DNA of 63,980 nt, the filler included. It is 5 parts of 5 records of this genome, joined end to end, with 100 filler letters (N's around TTAATTAATTAA, not from the genome) between each part and the next. Parts side by side here need not be neighbours in the genome. Positions count along the whole stretch, not along the records: positions 60,880 to 63,980 come from SRR20825010_3532; 4 more parts are not named here. One strand, written 5' to 3'. This document shows positions 63,843 to 63,980 of this stretch, in pieces. The first letter of the stretch is position 1. The number at the start of each line of letters is the position of its first letter. The notes beneath the pieces are model-generated. The model was not told the DNA's origin. It searched no databases and saw only the letters and a list, made by a program, of their open reading frames with translations. Made by a program: the position numbers and the translations under genes.

Positions 63843-63980
63843 CTAGTTTTCCGATTTTTTCACTTTTGCCTTCACACAACGTAACCCCAGTGCAGGACTG
63901 GCAGTAGTTGCGGTCACTCTGGTACGAAAGGCGGAACGCAGTCGCTCGTATCGGTCCGTCCAGGCGCCGCCACGCACTAC
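63843..63980 (-). CDS. 3' end of an FGE/SUMF1-domain protein (not in ORF track)
   Basis: Manual translation VVRGGAWTDRYERLRSAFRTRVTATTASPALGLRCVKAKVKKSEN*, matching the RGG-W...R..R...G(F/L)RC terminus. Confidence 0.75.
   Translation of the reverse strand, partial: VVRGGAWTDRYERLRSAFRTRVTATTASPALGLRCVKAKVKKSEN

Overview
The window is not one locus. It is five unrelated contigs joined by artificial 100-nt N/TTAATTAATTAA spacers (15313-15412, 43720-43819, 50194-50293, 60780-60879). Taxonomic labels are inferred from gene content. (1) 1-15312, alphaproteobacterial-like: 3' half of tRNA-Arg(CCG), alpha-2-macroglobulin-pbpC, an FGE/SUMF1-domain repeat protein, and a GntR-linked purine catabolism cluster (alc, uraD, puuE, uraH, xdhA, partial xdhB). 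(2) 15413-43719, planctomycete (Rhodopirellula-like): radical SAM, FHA, thioredoxin, O-antigen ligase, ppc, a secreted Cys/Pro repeat protein, skp-lpxC-lpxA plus a GnnA-like oxidoreductase, M28 peptidase, rnc, and a complete Na+-type N-ATPase operon. (3) 43820-50193, high-GC Rhizobiales-like: SDR, FAD oxidase, HyuA/HyuB, RidA, resembling agropinic/mannopinic acid catabolism genes, plus a palindromic repeat element. (4) 50294-60779, gammaproteobacterial (Alcanivorax-like): REP-flanked methyltransferase, DUF2726, an AT-rich GHKL-ATPase/nuclease gene, GST, voltage-gated Na+ channel, fadA and partial fadB. (5) 60880-63980: partial metH, an S1-domain protein and a partial FGE-domain gene. Best candidate for an undescribed system: the solitary AT-rich GHKL-nuclease gene (53675-55648) lies between perfect 23-bp inverted repeats carrying the CTGACCCC/GGGGTCAG motif, with a second motif copy and a hairpin at each end and no transposase. 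This suggests a defence-gene cassette mobilised in trans by an HUH (RAYT-like) enzyme.
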